From the sequence record OR352941.1: a stretch of 64,000 bases of DNA; one strand, written 5' to 3'. A program made the translations under genes and the position numbers. A model generated the notes under the pieces. That model did not search any database and was not told the origin of the DNA. It was given only the letters and a program-made list of their open reading frames with translations. Positions 63,985 to 64,000 of the stretch are shown piece by piece; position 1 is the first letter of the stretch, and each line of letters starts with the position of its first letter. The stretch comes from Escherichia phage AV111.

Positions 63985-64000
63985 AACTAAAAGAAACTTT

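Noticed and set aside
1-64000. CRISPR arrays, tRNA or rRNA genes, integrase or transposase signatures
   Set aside because: No direct-repeat/spacer arrays, no cloverleaf-like GC-rich segments and no recombinase motifs were seen; the only mobile elements are homing endonuclease genes.

Overview
This window reads as an early/middle gene block of a T4-like (Tevenvirinae) phage, with almost every gene on the minus strand. By sequence recollection the DNA polymerase matches the RB69 type (903 aa, ending DMFDF), so this is probably an RB69-like Mosigvirus; no database search was run. Recognisable T4 orthologs in ascending order are asiA (partial), motA, 52, ndd, denB, rIIB, rIIA, 39 (single fused 39+60 ORF), dexA, dda, srd, modA, modB, soc, 56, 61, 41, 40, uvsX, 43, regA, 62, 44, 45, 46, 47, 55, nrdH, nrdG, nrdD, 49 and nrdC. 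The main finding is that the T4 glucosylation genes (beta-gt beside uvsX, alpha-gt between 47 and 55) are absent. In their place, between uvsX and gene 43, sits a cassette encoding a KdsD-like SIS sugar-phosphate isomerase, a small HAD phosphatase, a fused nucleotidyltransferase/kinase, a divergent hydroxymethylase, a P-loop kinase-like protein, a Cys-cluster protein and unknowns, with a GT-B glycosyltransferase-like gene next to rIIA. Together with the dCTPase gene 56 this looks like an NDP-pentose (probably arabinose) pathway for glycosylating hydroxymethylcytosine DNA. Other notable features are four homing endonuclease genes (one HNH in frame with gene 56), recurring UUCG-tetraloop hairpins, sigma70-like early promoters whose -10 sits inside variable inverted repeats, MotA-box middle promoters, and a palindrome shared by five promoters. 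ORF-track start codons are often over-extended because alternative starts were allowed; starts I corrected are noted. Hairpin and promoter coordinates are hand-derived and may be off by 1-2 nt.
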